This document shows positions 8,100-10,310 of a stretch of 10,310 nt of DNA, one piece after another. Location: NCBI GenBank assembly GCA_043228905.1, contig JBHGNT010001285.1, forward strand, positions 1 to 10,310. Direction: 5' to 3'. The translations under genes and the position numbers were made by a program. Source of the DNA: Azolla caroliniana. Lineage: Eukaryota; Plantae; Polypodiophyta. Within the stretch, counting starts at the first letter, position 1; each line of letters begins with the position of its first letter. The notes beneath the pieces were generated by a model, which made no database searches, was not told where the DNA came from, and saw only the letters and a list, made by a program, of their open reading frames with translations.

Positions 8100-9296
8100 T
8101 CATGGCTCTCTTTGCTCCTCTTGAGCATAATGCTTCACTCGGCCATCTCCTTGGTCATCTAATTTTCTTTTATCATTCTTTCTTGTTCCATTCATGCCTT
8201 TCGAAGGCCTTATCGAAATACTATTGTTGAGTACTCTTAGTGATTCGTTCTTTAGTGGCATGCTCTCCTCTAGGTCCTTAAGTGACCACATCGCATGCTT
8301 CCCACTTTGTCCACTTTTGTGGTATACTCTCGTCTTTGAGTTGACTATGACTTCTACACTAGTATTATCCTTGTTAGATTTTGTGATCACATCTTTCATA
8401 TCCGCTTGGCCCACTTGGCCCACATCTTTGCTTTTTGAGGTTTGCTTGGTCTCTTTGTCGTACACATTTTCTTTTTTCTTCATGCTTTGCTTGACCTCTT
8501 TGTCGCACACATGGACTTTCGTCATTTTGCTTTGCTTTACTTCCTTGTTGCACACATTGGCTTTAAACCTTGCTTCCTCCCCACCATCGTCCTTCGCTTG
8601 GGTCTTACATCGATTAATGCCCAAGTCTCTCAAACGAGTGTGGAGGAATTTTGTAGTTTGGCATTGCCCTTGTCGTGCTACTCTTTGCCACTTCCATCTT
8701 ATGGTTATTCGTGTTGGCGTTGATCTTTGTTTTCTCACTGCCACCTTCCGTCTCTTGGCTCTTACATCGATTAATGCCCAAGTCTCAAGAACCTTTGTGG
8801 GGAGAGTCTCTTTATCATCGTCATCTACCCTCTTCAGCTTGACGTCTCCCTCTTCTTCACATGTGTTAGCTTCGGCCTTCACTTCCTTGCCACCACCTTC
8901 CGTCTCTTGGGTCTCACGTTTGCTTTCCGACGCATCTACCCAAGTCTCCGGAACAAGTGTGGAGAAAGTCTCGACATGGCCATCCACCATTGACTCATTC
9001 ATAGCCATCTCTGAGTCGATGTCATTTTTCGTGGCTATCTCCTCAATCATGTCGGCCTCACACCTTTTATCTCCCTTGATCATGCAAGCTTTGCTCATGC
9101 TTGCACCTTCATCACTTGATGTTTCAGACACGATGTGTGTTTCGAAACATTTGTCTTTGCTTGAAGTGGCATTCGCCACCCTCGATTCATTTGTTTCATT
9201 CTTCATCATTGTTTCTTTGCAAGACGAGAAGGCATCTTGTTCCACATCTTCTCCCGTGGTGCTGTTGTACCGAACTTGGTCATATCTTGACTGCAC
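8100..9296 (-). CDS. K/E/D-rich low-complexity ORF with internal repeats, probably the frameshifted continuation of element C gag; function unknown, likely decayed
   Basis: 398-aa open frame overlapping 9206..9850 in the -1 frame; 15-aa repeats (VCxKEVKQS) and ~160-bp repeats. Confidence 0.45.
   Translation of the reverse strand: MQSRYDQVRYNSTTGEDVEQDAFSSCKETMMKNETNESRVANATSSKDKCFETHIVSETSSDEGASMSKACMIKGDKRCEADMIEEIATKNDIDSEMAMNESMVDGHVETFSTLVPETWVDASESKRETQETEGGGKEVKAEANTCEEEGDVKLKRVDDDDKETLPTKVLETWALIDVRAKRRKVAVRKQRSTPTRITIRWKWQRVARQGQCQTTKFLHTRLRDLGINRCKTQAKDDGGEEARFKANVCNKEVKQSKMTKVHVCDKEVKQSMKKKENVYDKETKQTSKSKDVGQVGQADMKDVITKSNKDNTSVEVIVNSKTRVYHKSGQSGKHAMWSLKDLEESMPLKNESLRVLNNSISIRPSKGMNGTRKNDKRKLDDQGDGRVKHYAQEEQREP
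8441..8570. repeat. Three imperfect 45-bp tandem repeats (15 aa each)
   Basis: TTTGCTT..CTTTGTCG.ACACAT-like units start at 8441, 8486 and 8531. Confidence 0.85.
8575..8950. repeat. Degenerate ~160-bp repeats (3 units)
   Basis: CCCAAGTCTC at 8620, 8777 and 8939; TCTTACATCGATTAATGCCCAAGTCTC is shared exactly by the first two; CCACCTTCCGTCTCTTGG by the last two. Confidence 0.75.
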
Positions 9297-9850
9297 CTTT
9301 GTTGGGAGGTCTCTTCTTCCTTAATAACCATTTTAATCGGTTTTGGTTCCATTATAAGATTCTCTTTGGCCTCGACTTGCACCTTTAAATTCTCATATGC
9401 CTCGTTTATGAAGGCCTCTATGTCGAGTACAATCGAACCTTCCCTCTTCAAGCTCTCTTCTTTAGGTGGTAGTTTGTAGTTGCTTCTCGTTATCCTTTCA
9501 CCATCCATCATGGGTTGTGTTGGTGCATATGAGAATCTTGTCTTCCTCTTATCGTGCAGTTGACATACTCTTTCCACTTTTGTCCAATCCTCAGTGAGGC
9601 CATTTGCACCATCATCATCCTCAAGTCGGATTCCAATGGCATTCCTTTCCTTCCGGTCTATTGATCTCATGAACATTAGGACTCTTTCCACCCCTACCAA
9701 TCTTTGATCCCGCTCCGAGAGTTGTGCAAAGCGACACTCGAACTCATCGAAAGCATGCATGGCACTTTGGTGGGTCTTTAATGATGATACCCATTGGTCG
9801 AACTCATATAGTTTGCATCTCTTCAGCTCTTTGTATCTATATGCTTCCAT
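9206..9850 (-). CDS. gag: N-terminally truncated Gag of element C (homologous to family B Gag)
   Basis: EFECRFAQLSERDQ..RVLMFMRSIDRKER..GLTEDWTKVERVC aligns by eye with B Gag EFEESFTRLSMLDR..RVLLFVKSVDVRDR..GLMTDWATVKGVC; the ATG is only 24 nt after the PBS. Confidence 0.75.
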   Translation of the reverse strand: MEAYRYKELKRCKLYEFDQWVSSLKTHQSAMHAFDEFECRFAQLSERDQRLVGVERVLMFMRSIDRKERNAIGIRLEDDDGANGLTEDWTKVERVCQLHDKRKTRFSYAPTQPMMDGERITRSNYKLPPKEESLKREGSIVLDIEAFINEAYENLKVQVEAKENLIMEPKPIKMVIKEEETSQQRCSQDMTKFGTTAPREKMWNKMPSRLAKKQ

Positions 9851-9873
9851 GAGATATCCTCTTGCCGCCTCGT

Positions 9874-9891
9874 TTCACGTCGGGTTCACCA
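9874..9891 (-). other. Primer-binding site, tRNA-Trp (18/18)
   Basis: Plus strand TTCACGTCGGGTTCACCA matches the recalled 3' end of plant tRNA-Trp including CCA; 4 nt from the LTR end. Confidence 0.9.
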
Positions 9892-9895
9892 AAGA

Positions 9896-10310
9896 TGTCG
9901 CGAAAATACGACCAGGATACGTGAACTTCAGGTAGGACCCCGGGGCCTCCGACCGGAAGATATCAGATTCGTATGATTATATTAAACAATTAATACAAAA
10001 TGAGAAAGATTCACAAATTTCACTAATAAAGGGAAAGAAAGATTACAATCAATCTCAAGATTGCGATTACAAAAAGTTTAGCTAATGGAGATTACTAGAG
10101 TAATAGATAAGAGGAAATTAAGCTATAGATTCTTTAGAAATTAGGGTTTTTTGGCTTTGATAAGAGATTATGGTTTATGAGTTGAATAGCTTCCGTATGG
10201 AAATTTAGGGTTATGAGTAAGATATGGCTTCCGTAAGGAAATTAGGGATTACGTGAGAGATATGGCTTCGATAAGATAGGGGAGTCGAGAAGGAAAAGAA
10301 AATAAAAATT
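9896..10310 (-). repeat. 5' LTR of element C (U5/R part; runs off the window)
   Basis: Ends ..CGCGACA next to the PBS; homologous to 7847-7945; AT-rich. Confidence 0.85.
10139..10280. repeat. Imperfect 35-38-bp tandem repeats with telo-box-like TTAGGG cores
   Basis: GCTT-initiated units at 10154, 10189, 10227 and 10265; TTAGGGTTT at 10141, TTTAGGG at 10204, TTAGGG at 10242. Confidence 0.7.

Larger units (their letters stand above)
7847..10310 (-). mobile_element. Element C: tRNA-Trp-primed, apparently non-autonomous (pol-less) LTR element related to family B
   Basis: 5' LTR (9896 to beyond 10310), PBS, gag homology to family B, PPT-like GGTGGGGG at 7955-7948, 3' LTR remnant; no protease/RT/integrase motif seen. 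Confidence 0.78.

Noticed and set aside
8194-9324. 376-aa hydrophobic S/L/F-rich plus-strand ORF
   Set aside because: Antisense shadow of a GAA/AAG-rich frame; no recognisable domain.
9874-9891. tRNA-Trp gene or integration att site
   Set aside because: Only the 3' 18 nt including CCA match, next to an LTR end, so it is a PBS.
10139-10280. CRISPR array or telomere
   Set aside because: Degenerate tandem units without unique spacers, no cas genes, and no contiguous telomeric tract.

Overview
The whole window is a nested cluster of decayed LTR retrotransposons from a eukaryote, most likely a land plant (inferred non-seed plant from the element types). It contains no intact host gene, rRNA, functional tRNA or CRISPR array. 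Left to right: (A1) 1-2554, minus strand, a Tf1/sushi/Tcn1-type Ty3/gypsy element with RT, protease, gag, a -1 gag/pol frameshift, a self-priming PBS and a 373-bp 5' LTR, inserted into (D) a Ty1/copia RT fragment at 2555-~3018; (A2) a second truncated copy of family A at ~3007-3292; (B1) 3293-5730 and (B2) 5731-7846, two plus-strand copies of a tRNA-Trp-primed gypsy-like family, with B2 inserted in the protease of B1; (C) 7847-10310, minus strand, a related tRNA-Trp-primed, apparently pol-less element whose gag fragment is followed by a K/E-rich repeat ORF. The most notable observations are a tRNA-shaped Pol III promoter cassette (A box, B box, canonical spacing) in antisense in the U3 of the self-priming element, an 11-nt self-priming duplex, and a CpG-centred 4-mer (MCGK) at all three junctions of the Trp-primed elements. 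All calls come from manual reading; no searches were run.
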